Below are positions 52,444-64,000 of a DNA stretch of 64,000 bases, piece after piece. Each line of letters starts with the position of its first letter. Positions within the stretch are counted from its first letter, which is position 1. Below the pieces are notes generated by a model. The model was not told the DNA's origin and did no database searches. It saw nothing but the letters and a program-made list of their open reading frames with translations. A program made the position numbers and the translations under genes. The stretch covers positions 48,484,001 through 48,548,000 of the forward strand of contig NC_043007.1 in assembly GCF_006345805.1 (NCBI RefSeq). The letters are read 5' to 3'. Source of the stretch: Octopus sinensis (taxonomy: Eukaryota).

Positions 52444-52760
52444 GGTGCATAACTCAGTGGTTGGAGTGTCAGGCTTACAATCGTGAGGTTGCGAGTTCAA
52501 TTCTCAGTCTGGGCTGTGTGTTGTGTTCTTGAGCAAGACACTTTATTTCACATTCCTCCAGTTCACTCAGCTGTAGGGTTGTGATATCATTGGTGCCAAG
52601 TTGTATTGACCTTTGCCTTTTCTTTAAACATTGGGGGAGTGGAGAGGGGAGACTAGTATGTATGGGTAAGTGCTGATCTTGCCCAGACTTGTGCCTTGGA
52701 GAGGAACTTTCTAGCTGCAATTCAATGGTTATTTGTGACCAAAAGGGTCCTTACCCTTTT
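52444..52760 (+). mobile_element. SINE-B copy
   Basis: ggtgcataactcagtggttggag...gagttcaattctc...gtgttcttgagcaagacact; tail matches the 4629 copy. Confidence 0.85.
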
Positions 52761-53829
52761 TAATAGCAAGACCTGCAAACAACAGCAGCCAATTTTCCTT
52801 CAAATCACAGCTTAGTGTCTTTAAAAATAAGGGAAGGAGACATTGGATAACATAGTCCTAGATACATAATGTCTGAAAAACAAAATAAATAAAGCAACAT
52901 AACCATAAATGAAATGCCTCCGATTTTAAATTCTGTTCATTCAGAGCTGACAGCAATAGACAACAGACATCCATGTGGTTGCTTACCTTGCAAGAAATAG
53001 CAGTTTAAAAACGCCCTCAAGTTACACCCTTATTACCTTAAAACAAAAGGTATATTGGATAAGCTAGTTCTATATAACCTTTAAAAGTTGGGGTGGTTAT
53101 AACTGGATTACCTTTGATCAAAGTTCTACTCAATCAATATTGAATTTGGACAAAAGAGATTAATGCAGGCCTCTATGTGGCAGTTTGATTGCTAGAAAAT
53201 AGAAATTCAAATCCCAAACTATCATCTTAAAACAAAGAGGGTCACATTTGAGAAAGCAGATACATATATAACTGTAAAAATGTTGAACTGGTCATGGCTG
53301 GTTTACTTTTTGTCAAGAGTAACCTGAGGCTAAACAACAAGGCAGAACATAACAGACTGCAGATATACAGGCATAGTTATTTACAGTTATTGTTTAACCT
53401 CACACCACCCTAATCAAGCAGACCTATGACAAAAGTCATTCCAGCTATGACCACCCTGTCCTTTTTCAGGCAATGTATACACAACAACATTATCCAATGT
53501 GTCTGTTACTGTTTTCTGTATTTTGAGATGCTAGGGTATAACATGGGGGATACTTGGCAGTTATTGCTTGCAGATCAAGTGGCCATGTACAGGCTACCCC
53601 AATAGGTTGTTATTTCAAAAGTAGGCTGCATGAGTAAAGCATGGCAGATCAGAGACAGAAGGAAATAAGTTATATAATGCCAGGTAGCCATGTATGTCTT
53701 CTATAGCAAAACACTTGTTCCTGTTCCATTATCATACTTTAGTCTCATCAACACCTAGCATAAAGCCCACTCCTACTCCTCTAGTACAACCCCACTAAGT
53801 TGATTGTCTTTCATGTCACTTGCAACCTC

Positions 53830-54000
53830 ACAAGTGCTGATGTCATGAACAAAGCACCCATGAAAAAAGCATTCTGTCAAGTGGCTGATGTTAGGAAAGG
53901 CATCCAGCCTTAGAAACCATGCTAAAGCAGACACTGGAACTTGATGCAGTCCTCCAGTCCATGCCAGTATGGAAGACAGAATTAAATGATGATGATTTAT
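53830..54000 (+). mobile_element. RTE-type tail
   Basis: gttaggaaaggcatccagcc...ttaaatgatgatga. Confidence 0.7.
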
Positions 54001-55464
54001 TAATAGGTGTGAGTTGAGACTGGTTGCTGATGCTGATTGCAGACTGCTATTTCTAGAGCTGATTGGTATTTATAGCACTGGAGGTCAACAGTTGTACATA
54101 GAAGACAACAGAATCTGTTGAGATTTTTGACAACTTTTATTCTTTTGATACAGAAGCAAAAGACAAATACTGTTGTTATTAGAAATGACACATGTTGAGA
54201 GAGTCTGGATGTTATTATTCTTGTAATTATAATCGTATCCAAAAGTTGTGTTGCTGTTGATAATTCATTATGTTGATTTCAGCTTGGTTCAGCTGCTGCT
54301 CGTGTCTGTTCACCATCCATTTGCAGTGTCGTCTCTTGCCTTCTCTGCTACATCCCAAAGCTCTTTGTATGGTAATCACATGTGTGTCAATTTTATACTG
54401 ATTGAGGGGCTCAGAAAGGAGCACACCAAAAGCTGAAATTATTGCTGGAACATATTCCATGTGAAGTCATGCTTGGCCAAACTTTGTAGGCCATGTGGGT
54501 AACATTCTTTCTACACAAAGTCGTGATTGCTCAGCTTTTGTTGCTTATGTGAGTAACAGTCCAGTGAACCACAACATCAAGTGATTGTTGAATATTCCTA
54601 CTACAATGATGCTACAGGAGATTCTGTTGACATTGTAGTTGTTCAACTCTCAAGTAAACTATGATCAAAGGTATTCCAGTCATGGTCCTCTAGCTTTTTT
54701 ATTTTCCTGAGTGTTTGCAGGACTGTATTCTCCAAATGTGCCCCACCCTTTAAGGTGAGTGAAATTTGAGAGCTATTTCAAGGAGGTAGAACAGTTGTGC
54801 AGGGGCTCCCTGCTGGCTCATATTAATGGTGTTTCACCTGAAGTCAGCCCTGATCAAGCAGGATTATAATCAAAGATGTCTTAATCATGACCATTCTAGG
54901 TTTTCTTTTCTATATCAGTGACTATATTGTCCCAAATATCATTTACTTACGGCAACAGGATACAGTTTGAGGGAGACTTGGCTAATATATCTAGTAGATG
55001 AAATCTCCTTTATTGGCAAATATTGAAAAAGTGACAATAACCATATGGAGTCAGGAAATAATGAAGAAAATTAATTGCAACCTGAAAGTATCATTTGAGA
55101 ATATAGCAACCAAATGTCCCTCAAATCATATTTACTGGTATTTTATATATTTAATATACTCTTCAAATCAATGTTTCAACAAAAATGAAGGGGGGGGGGG
55201 GGGTGAGTGAGAGAGAGAAAGGATCAACTTTTATCATGGGTTTGGTCAATAAGAAGTGATTTGGAGATGAATCAAAAGTCATTTAGAACTGGGGTGAGAG
55301 TCTAAACAACATCACTAAATTTTACAGTAATACTAGACTGTTATAGAACTGATAATATGATGAAAGACGGTGATACCAACGGACAGTAGCCATGGAAGAT
55401 GTTGAACCAATGAAAACATGAGATATACAAAAAAATAAAGAATTACGATTCATAAAATGGTGAT

Positions 55465-55539
55465 ATATTGCAGATCCAGCCAACCCACACAAACATAAAT
55501 AACGTTTATGTTTGTGTGGGTTGGCTGGATCTGCAATAT
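55465..55539. repeat. Perfect 35-bp inverted repeat, 5-nt spacer
   Basis: 55465-55499 is the exact reverse complement of 55505-55539; spacer taacg. Confidence 0.97.
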
Positions 55540-55977
55540 TGGATGACATGTCTAACTCCTAAATCCTTTTTCCTATATATATACTTTTTCTGCTGTTCAG
55601 AAAACAAAGATGATTATTAGTGGTGAGAGAAAATCTGATGACTTGCTTCAACATTATTATAGACCACATAATTTTATACATGAGTGCATGAGTGTGTGTA
55701 AGTTTTCTGTGTATGTGTGTATGCCTAAGCACATGTATATGTAAATAAACTATATTTGTACAAATGTGTGTGTATATGTAAGTAAACAGTTGTGTATGTG
55801 TTTTTATGTCTTAATACTGTGTGTATGTGTTTTTATGTCTTAATACTGTGTGTATGTGTAACTGTGCAAAAATAGGTAAAACGAATCTGTAACAGGATTT
55901 TAATCAAACTAACTGACACGTCTGCTGAAGAGAATGACAGGTGACATGACCATGACCACACATACACATGGTATATA

Positions 55978-56345
55978 TACTCTTTTACTTGTTTCAGTCA
56001 TTTGACTGTGGCCATGCTGGAGCACTGCCTTTAGTTGAGTAAATCAACCCCAGGACTTATTCTTTGTAAGCCTAGTACTTATTCTATCGATCTCTTTTGC
56101 CGAACCGCTAAGTAAACACACAAACATATACACACACACACACATATATACACACACACACACACACATATATATACACACACACATACATATATACGAC
56201 AGGCTTCTTTCAGTTTCTGTCTACCAAATCCACTTACAAGGCTTCTCGGACCAAGGCTATAGTAGAAATCACTTGCCCACGCAGTGGGACTGAACCCAGA
56301 ACCATGTGGTTTGTAAGCAAGCTACTTACCATACAGCCACTCCTA
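55978..56345 (-). mobile_element. SINE-C copy (relatively young)
   Basis: Head ggagtggctgtatggtaagtagc...gggttcagtccc; internal (TA/CA)n; tail gtgctccagcatggccacagtcaaatgactgaaac. Confidence 0.92.
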
Positions 56346-56404
56346 CGCCCCAATATATATAAACATACACACGCACACACACTGAACAATATTTATTATA
56401 CAGT

Positions 56405-56406
56405 AC

Positions 56407-56466
<60 letters not shown>

Positions 56467-56590
56467 GTATATATATGTATATATATAATGTATATATATA
56501 TATATGTAATATATATGTATATATATGTAATATATATATATGTATATATATATATATGTATATATATAATGTATATATATATATAATATG

Positions 56591-56625
<35 letters not shown>

Positions 56626-56768
56626 GTATATATATATATGTATATATATATGTATATATATGTATATATATATATATATATATATTATATTATATATATA
56701 TATGTATATATAGTATATATATATATGTTATATATATATATGTATATATATATATGTATATATATATG

Positions 56769-56799
<31 letters not shown>

Positions 56800-57044
56800 G
56801 TGTATATATATATGTATATATATATATATATGTATATTATATGTATATATATATGTTATATATATATGTATATATATATATGTATATATATATGTATATA
56901 TAATGTATATATATATATATAATATATGTATATATATATATGTATATATATATATGTATATATATATATGTATATATATATGTGTATATATATATGTGTA
57001 TATATATATGTGTATATATATATGTGTATATATATATAGTATAT
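56405..57044. repeat. Long interrupted (TA)n/(TATATG)n array
   Basis: Direct reading. Confidence 0.98.
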
Positions 57045-57188
57045 ATACTGTGTCTTGTTGATTCACAGACGAAGAATAAAATTCACTTCGATTTCGGGAA
57101 GTAACACACGTGTTAAAACGCACGTGTGTTACTTCCCGAAATCGAAGTGAATTTTATTCTTCGTCTGTGAATCAACAAGACACAGTAT
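57045..57188. repeat. Perfect 68-bp inverted repeat, 8-nt spacer
   Basis: 57045-57112 is the exact reverse complement of 57121-57188; spacer ttaaaacg. Confidence 0.97.
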
Positions 57189-57366
57189 TTTTGAGAAGGA
57201 TATTTTCGTTTTTGATGTATATCTGCGTGTTCTGAAAAAAGCCTCTGAAAAATTTGCTGCTTAATACCAAATCGCTTAGGAAAATACAGAAAGTATCGTG
57301 AAACTGTTGCATGTGCTAAATCGAAACTCAAACCCCTTTTGTTTACAAAGTGCGCTTGGGGAGGAA

Positions 57367-57449
57367 TATAAAAGGTCTGTCTTGTCTATCTATCTTCCTT
57401 TCTTATAAAAAGGAATCACGTAAGTACTCTCTCAGCCGGTAAGGTAAGA
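57367..57449 (+). promoter_or_regulatory. Putative Pol II core promoter and splice donors
   Basis: TATAAAAG at 57367 and TATAAAAA at 57404; Inr-like TCAGC with its A at 57434 (30 nt after the second TATA); donor consensus GTAAGT (57420), GTAAGG (57439), GTAAGA (57444). Confidence 0.45.
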
Positions 57450-57454
57450 TATTA

Positions 57455-57770
57455 TTTATTTTGTTATCATTAGTGTTCTTTCAAACAGAAAATAATTAAA
57501 AAAAAAAAAAAAAAAAAAGATATAAAAATATAAAAATACGCGGTATTCTATCTTTATAATCTTTATAATTTCGTCCTCCGTGCCTGCCACGCACTCTCTC
57601 TTTCTCTTTTTTACATTTCTATCTCTCTCATACATTTTTATTATTTGTTATCATTAGTGTTCTTTCAAACAGAAAATAATAATTAAAAAGATATAAAAAT
57701 ACGCGCTATTCTATCTTTATAATCTCTCCCTCTCTTTCTTACATTTCTATTTCTATCTCTCTCATACAGT
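57455..57770. repeat. Imperfect tandem duplication (~185 bp + ~130 bp)
   Basis: ttgttatcattagtgttctttcaaacagaaaataat...gatataaaaatacgcg.tattctatctttataatct...ctatctctctcataca occurs twice. Confidence 0.9.
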
Positions 57771-58599
57771 TTATACCTTATCTGTCTCCCCATCCACCAG
57801 ACCCTCTATTTCCGCTCTCACTCTCCCCTCCTCCCTCTCTCTCCCTCTGCAATCGTTTCTCTTTCTGCATCTCTCTCAGATCAACTTTCTCTCACCTCAC
57901 CCCCTCTCTCAGTTCCTCAACTTCACTCATTCTCTCTTGTATCTATATACCGCCCTCTTTCTCTCTCTCTCTCTGTTACTCCCCCTCCCTCTCTCTGCCT
58001 CTTTCCTCTCCGCTCCTTCACAGGTCAAACCCCTTTTCCTCTTCCCCTTCTGTCCCCTTATTTCTTTCTCTACACCACCCTCCCTGTCCCTTTACTACAC
58101 TCTGTTGCGCCCCCTCTCTTCCTCTTCCCCCCTTTTTTCTTCCTACCTTTCCTCTCCCTGTTCCCTCTAAGGCTCACCACCCCCTGTCTCTTTTTTCCTC
58201 TCTCTGTCTCCTTCCTCCACACCACCCTCTCTGTCCCTTTACTTCACTCCCTGGTACCTCTATCCTGCCCTCTCTCTCTCTCCCTCTCCATTTCATCTCT
58301 CTCTTCCTCTCCATTTTATCTCTCCGCCTTTCTTCTCCCTGCTCCCCTAGGGTCCACCCTCTTGTCTCACTTTTCCACCCTGTCCCTTTCTACTACACCT
58401 CTATCCCGCTCACTCTCCCCCTGCTGACCTGCCATTCTTTCACCTTTCTCTTTTTTCCCTCTTATTTTCTCTCTTTCTCTCTTCTCTGAGGACAATCCCC
58501 TCGTCTCTCTCTCTATCCCCCCCTGGCTTTTCTCCTTTCTCTTCTCCCTCTCCATATCTCTCCTTCTCTATCTCTCTCTCTGTTCCTATATTTCACTAG
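57770..58599 (+). other. Long CT-rich polypyrimidine tract ending in a splice acceptor
   Basis: ctctctctgttcctatatttcactAG|aagaaaATG; AG at 58598-58599, NAGNAG alternative at 58601-58602. Confidence 0.65.
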
Positions 58600-58605
58600 A
58601 AGAAA

Positions 58606-59502
58606 ATGGCAAGAAACTGGTCTGCGAGAGAGGTGCAATTGTTCGTCCGCGCTTGGAGGATCGCTGAGGACGACTCGCCGAACGACATTATTGCTGCGGC
58701 GCTGAAAAGCAACAATTTTTCGAGGACCACCGCCCAGATAGAGCGAAAGAAGAGAGAAGTTATCCGTTCGTACGCTCTAATCAGGCAACATGTGGACACC
58801 CTGGACATCATCCTGGGAGGTGACGGCAGCAGGGAGGGCCAAAAGGATGAGGAAAGCATCCAGAGCCAAATGGAGAAGCCTGGAACACAGGGAAACGATG
58901 ACACATGTCCAGCTTCCAACACCACAACTGAAGACCAAAGAGGTGCGATAGCCGCAAGAAAGGAAAGGCACCCTGGAATTGATGGGAAGCAGGAGGTAAA
59001 GGGTGACAGAATCAAGGCTAAAGGAAGCCCTGTCCAGAGAAAGCAGAGGGACCCCAGCAAAAACTGTAAGGGCAGGGAAAGAAACACCTGCAAATTCTAC
59101 CTGAGGGGGGACTGCTGGTACGGCGTTGAAGGTGCAAACTGTCGCTTTGCACATCGGAGGCCCTACCAAAACCGCACGGACGCGAGACAGAGGTCCCTCC
59201 CTCAGGGAGAACAAAAACAAAAAGTTAAAAGAAGGGAAAAAAGCGCACTGACCACTACTGAAAGACGGTATGCAGATGTGGTGCGCGGAAACCCAACAGG
59301 TGGCCAGCTTCACCCAGATGTGAGAAGGGCGGCAGCTGAACAGCAGTCTTTTTTGTGCATGGCACAAAAAATTGTTCAGCAGCTGACCTGGCTACAAGCA
59401 CAAAGCTGGAACTACCACCACATAAGGCCACCTCCAACAGATGCAGGATGGCCACCACAGACACCAACACCAACACACACACCACAAAAATATTTCTACT
59501 GA
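58606..59502 (+). CDS. LINE ORF1-like protein (298 aa): Myb/SANT-trihelix-like N-terminus, CCCH zinc finger
   Basis: Intact ORF directly upstream of, and overlapping, an APE-RT ORF. It contains RNWSAREVQLFVRAW...IAAALKSNNFSRTTAQIERKKREVIRSY and C-x7-C-x8-C-x3-H at 59089-59154. Confidence 0.8.
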   Translation: MARNWSAREVQLFVRAWRIAEDDSPNDIIAAALKSNNFSRTTAQIERKKREVIRSYALIRQHVDTLDIILGGDGSREGQKDEESIQSQMEKPGTQGNDDTCPASNTTTEDQRGAIAARKERHPGIDGKQEVKGDRIKAKGSPVQRKQRDPSKNCKGRERNTCKFYLRGDCWYGVEGANCRFAHRRPYQNRTDARQRSLPQGEQKQKVKRREKSALTTTERRYADVVRGNPTGGQLHPDVRRAAAEQQSFLCMAQKIVQQLTWLQAQSWNYHHIRPPPTDAGWPPQTPTPTHTPQKYFY

Positions 59503-62387
59503 ATGTAGGAGGGCTGCTGCGCGGAAACTGTAAAAAAAGCTATATGCATGGCACTCACAGAAACGCATTTTGAACCCGATATAGGTGATGCAGAAATACA
59601 CATGCCGCAATATGCAGTCATACGCACAGATAGAAAAGGGAGGAGCCATGGTGGAGTTGCAATGTACATCCGAGATGACCTCACGCCCCAGGTCCTGCTG
59701 TCATATTCAAACTCAGTATGTGAAACTCAAATTGTACACATAAGACAACTGAATATCGTCATATGCACTACATATCGCCCACCAGACGCCCCAAAACACT
59801 CAGGCATGTTTGAAGACTGCCTAACAAAAATAGGAGAAGTCCTCACCAACCTTGAACAGCACAACAGTGTATTCTTCATGGGTGACTTTAACCTCCCCAA
59901 TGTGGAATGGCCTGGGGGGCAGATGCTCCCAGGGATGACACACCATCAGCAGGCACAGGTGGAGTCCCTGCTCCATCTCACAAATACCTCTTTCATGGAG
60001 CAAATAGTTCTGCAACCAACAAGGGCAGATAATATACTGGATCTCTGCTTCACAAACAATATGGATATTATCCATAATGTTAATGTGATGCCGACAATGA
60101 TCTCGGATCACAACATAATAGAGCTGTCTATGTATGGAACAAAAGCCCCCGCAGACACACAGCCTATACGAAGCACCCACCATCTCTCCAACTTAAAATT
60201 TCATAAAGCCAACTGGAAGTCGATTGAGAAAGAGATCCTCAAACAGGATTGGCCTGAATGTCTCTCCACACCGGACATAAACATGAAACACAAACACTTC
60301 ATGTCCATAATACAAGCCATATGTGACAAATATGTCCCAATGTGCAGGGCCAGCACACACAAGAACAAAAACAGGATCCCTAGAGAAAGGAGGATTCTTA
60401 TGAGACGACGGACAAGGATTGCAAACCGCCTGAGCAAGCACACCAAAAGTGGTGAGAAGTGTCGGCTCGAAAGAATGCTAATGGAAACTGAGAAAAGTCT
60501 ACATCAGTCCCATGAAAAGGAGAGAGCAGATAAAGAAGCTTGGGTAATAGAAAATATAAAATCAAACCCTAAAGCTTTCTTTAAGTTTGCCAAAGAGACA
60601 GCCACAGTGCACCAGAGAATAGGACCTCTCTTCCAAAAAGATGGCTCTCTCACAGGAAATCCCACGAGGATAAGTGAAATACTGAACGAACAGTTCCAAA
60701 GTGTGTTCACTACACCTCTAGGACACAGGCAAGTAAACAACCCAGAAGAATTCTTTGCCACTTTACCAGCGGCCAAAGAGACAAAAATTTAGTACATCAA
60801 CATCGAAGAAGATGATATCACACTAGCCATTGATGAGATTGACACAAACTTCTCAAATCGTGCAAACGAGCCCTTGCAAAACCGCTACAGCTTCTTTTTC
60901 AGAGCTTTCTTGCAAGTGGTAAGCTCCCAGTCAAACTGAAAGAGGGGGTAATATGCCCTATCCATAAGGGAGGTAGCAGAGCAGATGCTAAAAATTATAG
61001 GCCTATCTCTCTGACCTCACACATCAGCAAAGTCATGGAACGAATAGTCCGTAAGAAACTAATCATGTTCCTTGAAGAAAATGACTTACTGTCTGACACC
61101 CAGCATGGATTTCGACCAGGTAGAGGCTGCCTAACACAGCTCCTGCAACACTATGACTGGGTGTTGAAACAGCTACTAAATGGCTCAAATGTGGATGTAA
61201 TATATCTTGACTTTGCAAAAGCCTTTGATAAAATCGACCATGGTATGATCTGTCACAAACTGCGTGGTCTCGGCATAGGCGGGAAACTTGGAGAGTGGCT
61301 GCACAACTTCCTAAAAGACAGAAAACAGGCAGTTGTGAGCAATGGAGCCACCTCCAGGGAAACGCAAATAACAAGCGGTGTCCCACAGGGCACTGTCTTG
61401 GGGCCACTGATGTTCATAGTGGCCCTTTCAGACATGCCTTCAGTTGCTACGATGACCACCCTTGCTAGCTATGCAGATGACACAAAAGTCTCCCACGCAA
61501 TACAAAACCCTGAAAATATTGTGCATCTGCAACATGAGCTGGACACAATATACAGGTGGGCTGAGGACAACAACATGCAGTTTAATGCAGGTAAGTTCCA
61601 GGCCCTGCGCTACTGGCACACAAAGGTAAATGACGTGAAGACTGGATACACTGGCCCAGGAAGAATTGCAATCCCTGAGTCAAAATCAGTGCGTGACCTG
61701 GGCATTGACATGAGCAATGATGCATCTTTCCAAATGCATATTGCTAATCTGGTGATAAAATGCAGACGGCTAGCTGGATGGATTCTCCGAACTTTCAGAA
61801 CAAGAGAGAAGGAGACACTGATGGTCCTATGGAAAACATTTGTCCTCAGCCGCTTGGACTACTGCTCCCAACTTTGGTCACCACACAATATAAAACAAAC
61901 AGCAGAACTCGAAGCAACTCAGAGAAGCTACACAAAGAAAATCGTCTCAATGCAAAATGTCAGCTACTGGGAAAGACTGAAGGTATTAAACCTCTTCTCC
62001 CTGGAGCGGAGGCGGGAGAGATATGCAGTGATATACATCTGGAAAATCCTGGAGGGTCTTGTCCCAAACTTTGGCATTCAAAGTTACTCCAACCGCAGAA
62101 CGGGGCGCCGCTGCGTGGTGCCAAGGATTCCAACATCACCATCAAAATACAGGTCCAGATACTGCAACAGCTTGGGTTTCAGAGGACCACAGCTCTTTAA
62201 CATCCTCCCTAAATGCCTGAGAGACTTACATGGTGTGGATGTGGGTTTCTTTAAAACTAAACTGGATCTCTTCTTGTTGGGAGTCCCAGATGAACCTACC
62301 TCACGACAGGAGACACGGATGCGGGCAGCAGCATCGAACTCCCTTGTTGATCAAGTGCCACGTATCAGAGGTGGATTCACAAACTAG
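59448..62387 (+). pseudogene. CR1-group LINE ORF2 (APE endonuclease + RT), three lesions
   Basis: IFLLNVGGL, ALTETH, GRSHGGVAMY, MGDFNLP, NILDL, SDHN (APE); NYRPISLTS, QHGFRPGR, YLDFAKAFD, GVPQGTVLGP, YADD (61470-61481). Lesions: frameshift at the A7 run 59532-59538, TAG at 60790-60792, and a deletion/frameshift at ~60850 removing the expected GPDG motif. Confidence 0.95.
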
Positions 62388-62463
62388 TGTAGCTCATTCA
62401 GCGGTGGTGCCCCAGCATGGCCGCGGCCTTCGGGCTAAAACATTTTTAAGGATTTAAGGATTT
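62388..62463 (+). mobile_element. LINE 3' UTR with hairpin and (TTTAAGGA)n tail
   Basis: ggtgccccagcatggccgc-GGCC ttcg GGCT-aaaacatttttaaggatttaagga. Confidence 0.85.
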
Positions 62464-62489
62464 ATATATATATGTATATATATATGTGT

Positions 62490-62571
<82 letters not shown>

Positions 62572-63035
62572 GTGTGTATATTATGTGTGTATATTATATG
62601 TGTGTATTATATGTGTGTATATATATATATATGTATATATATATATGTATATATATATATATGTATATATATGTGTATATATATATGTTATATAATATGT
62701 GTATATATATATGTGTATATATATATGTGTATATATAATGTGTGTATATATATATGTGTATATATATATGTGTATATATATATGTGTATATATATATGTG
62801 TATATTATATGTGTGTATATATTGTGTATATATAGTGTGTATATATATGTGTGTATATATATGTGTGTAATATATATGTGTATATATATATGTGTGTATA
62901 TATGTGTGTATTATATGTGTGTATATATGTGTGTATATATGTGTGTATTATATATGTGTGTATATATTGTGTGTATATATATGTGTGTATATATATGTGT
63001 GTATTATATATGTGTATATATATATGTGTAATATA

Positions 63036-63088
<53 letters not shown>

Positions 63089-63319
63089 GTATTATATATA
63101 TATGTATATATATATATGTATATATATATATGTATATATATATATGTAATATATATATAGTATATATATATGTATATTATATATGTATATATATATATGT
63201 ATATATATATATGTATATATATATGTATATATATATGTATATGTATATATGTATATGTATATATGTATATATATATATAATATATATATATGTATTATAT
63301 ATATATATATATTATATAT

Positions 63320-63355
<36 letters not shown>

Positions 63356-63358
63356 CAT
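62464..63358. repeat. Long interrupted (TA)n/(TATG)n/(TG)n array
   Basis: Direct reading. Confidence 0.98.
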
Positions 63359-63455
63359 GTGCGTATATACTACACACACATTGAGCAGTGTTTATACAGT
63401 ATCATCCTTGTTTTCTATGTATCGTCTATCTGGATGTTTTGCATTCTTGTCCCAT

Positions 63456-63507
<52 letters not shown>

Positions 63508-63894
63508 CACATGGAACAATAATGGTTATGCAGTAAAAGTGAAATGTAAATGGATCTTACATTGATTTCAATGATCAATAATTCCAGTTGTTTGGCCAAC
63601 TGAGTTACCAACTTACTGAATTTAAAGTATTAGTAGCCGAGTATACTATAGATACTTGTACTTTTAACACAACCCTTAGTCAGATATAGTGGGACAATAA
63701 TAGACCTTTCAAATACAAGAATATGTTATTTGATGGCTTTGGGCTTCCACATTGTTTCCATCTACCAGGTTTCATTCACAAGATTTGGATCGAACAAAGA
63801 TCATCATACAAGATGTCACACAGCAGAACTGAACCTCTTAACCAAACATCCAGGCCTACACACACACACACACAAAGTAACACAGTATAGATAT

Positions 63895-64000
63895 CATCAA
63901 CATCATCACTTCACATCCATTTTCCATGCTGATATGCGTTAAATGATTTGATTGGAACTGGTAAGCTGAAGAGCTGCACTAGGCTCCAGATCAAGTTTGT
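63895..64000 (-). mobile_element. RTE-type tail (runs off window end)
   Basis: catcaacatcatcacttcacatccatttttccatgctga...gtaagctgaagagctgcactaggctccag. Confidence 0.65.

Noticed and set aside
55190-55203. Poly-G run as a G-quadruplex
   Set aside because: A single homopolymer whose length is unreliable in assemblies, with no supporting context.
56304-57123. Long Tyr/Ile-rich ORFs (also 62472-63565)
   Set aside because: Translations of (TA)n/(TATG)n arrays, which lack stop codons in several frames.
58777-62200. Antisense and alternate-frame ORFs over the LINE
   Set aside because: Shadow ORFs of GC-richer coding sequence with no independent motifs.

Overview
AT-rich, repeat-saturated eukaryotic genomic DNA. 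It is most likely an octopus/coleoid cephalopod, inferred from the repeat families and (TA)n/(CA)n density and not verified. Only one host protein-coding region is recognisable: an intact, uninterrupted TMEM229B-like CDS on the minus strand (28838-29332), with a splice acceptor just upstream of its ATG. The rest is a layered transposon landscape: RTE LINEs and tails, two Penelope-like elements (PLEs), a Tx1/L1-type LINE, an R4/Dong-type end, an old Jockey/I-like LINE, hAT and piggyBac transposase relics with TTAA MITEs, a non-autonomous Helitron, three tRNA-type SINE families (called SINE-A/B/C here) and microsatellites. The most unusual structure is the 5.4-kb unit at 57045-62463, sitting between two long TA arrays. 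In order it contains a perfect 68-bp inverted repeat, TATA boxes and clustered splice donors, a ~1.1-kb intron-like pyrimidine tract, and an acceptor directly before ATG. These are followed by an intact ORF1 (Myb/SANT-trihelix-like N-terminus plus a CCCH finger) and a disrupted CR1-type APE-RT ORF2. Its 3' hairpin covaries with hairpins in SINE tails elsewhere in the window. Three decayed type-I hammerhead ribozyme motifs and two further inverted-repeat elements were also found. All protein and RNA family assignments come from motif recognition by eye; no searches were run, and boundaries of old repeats are approximate.
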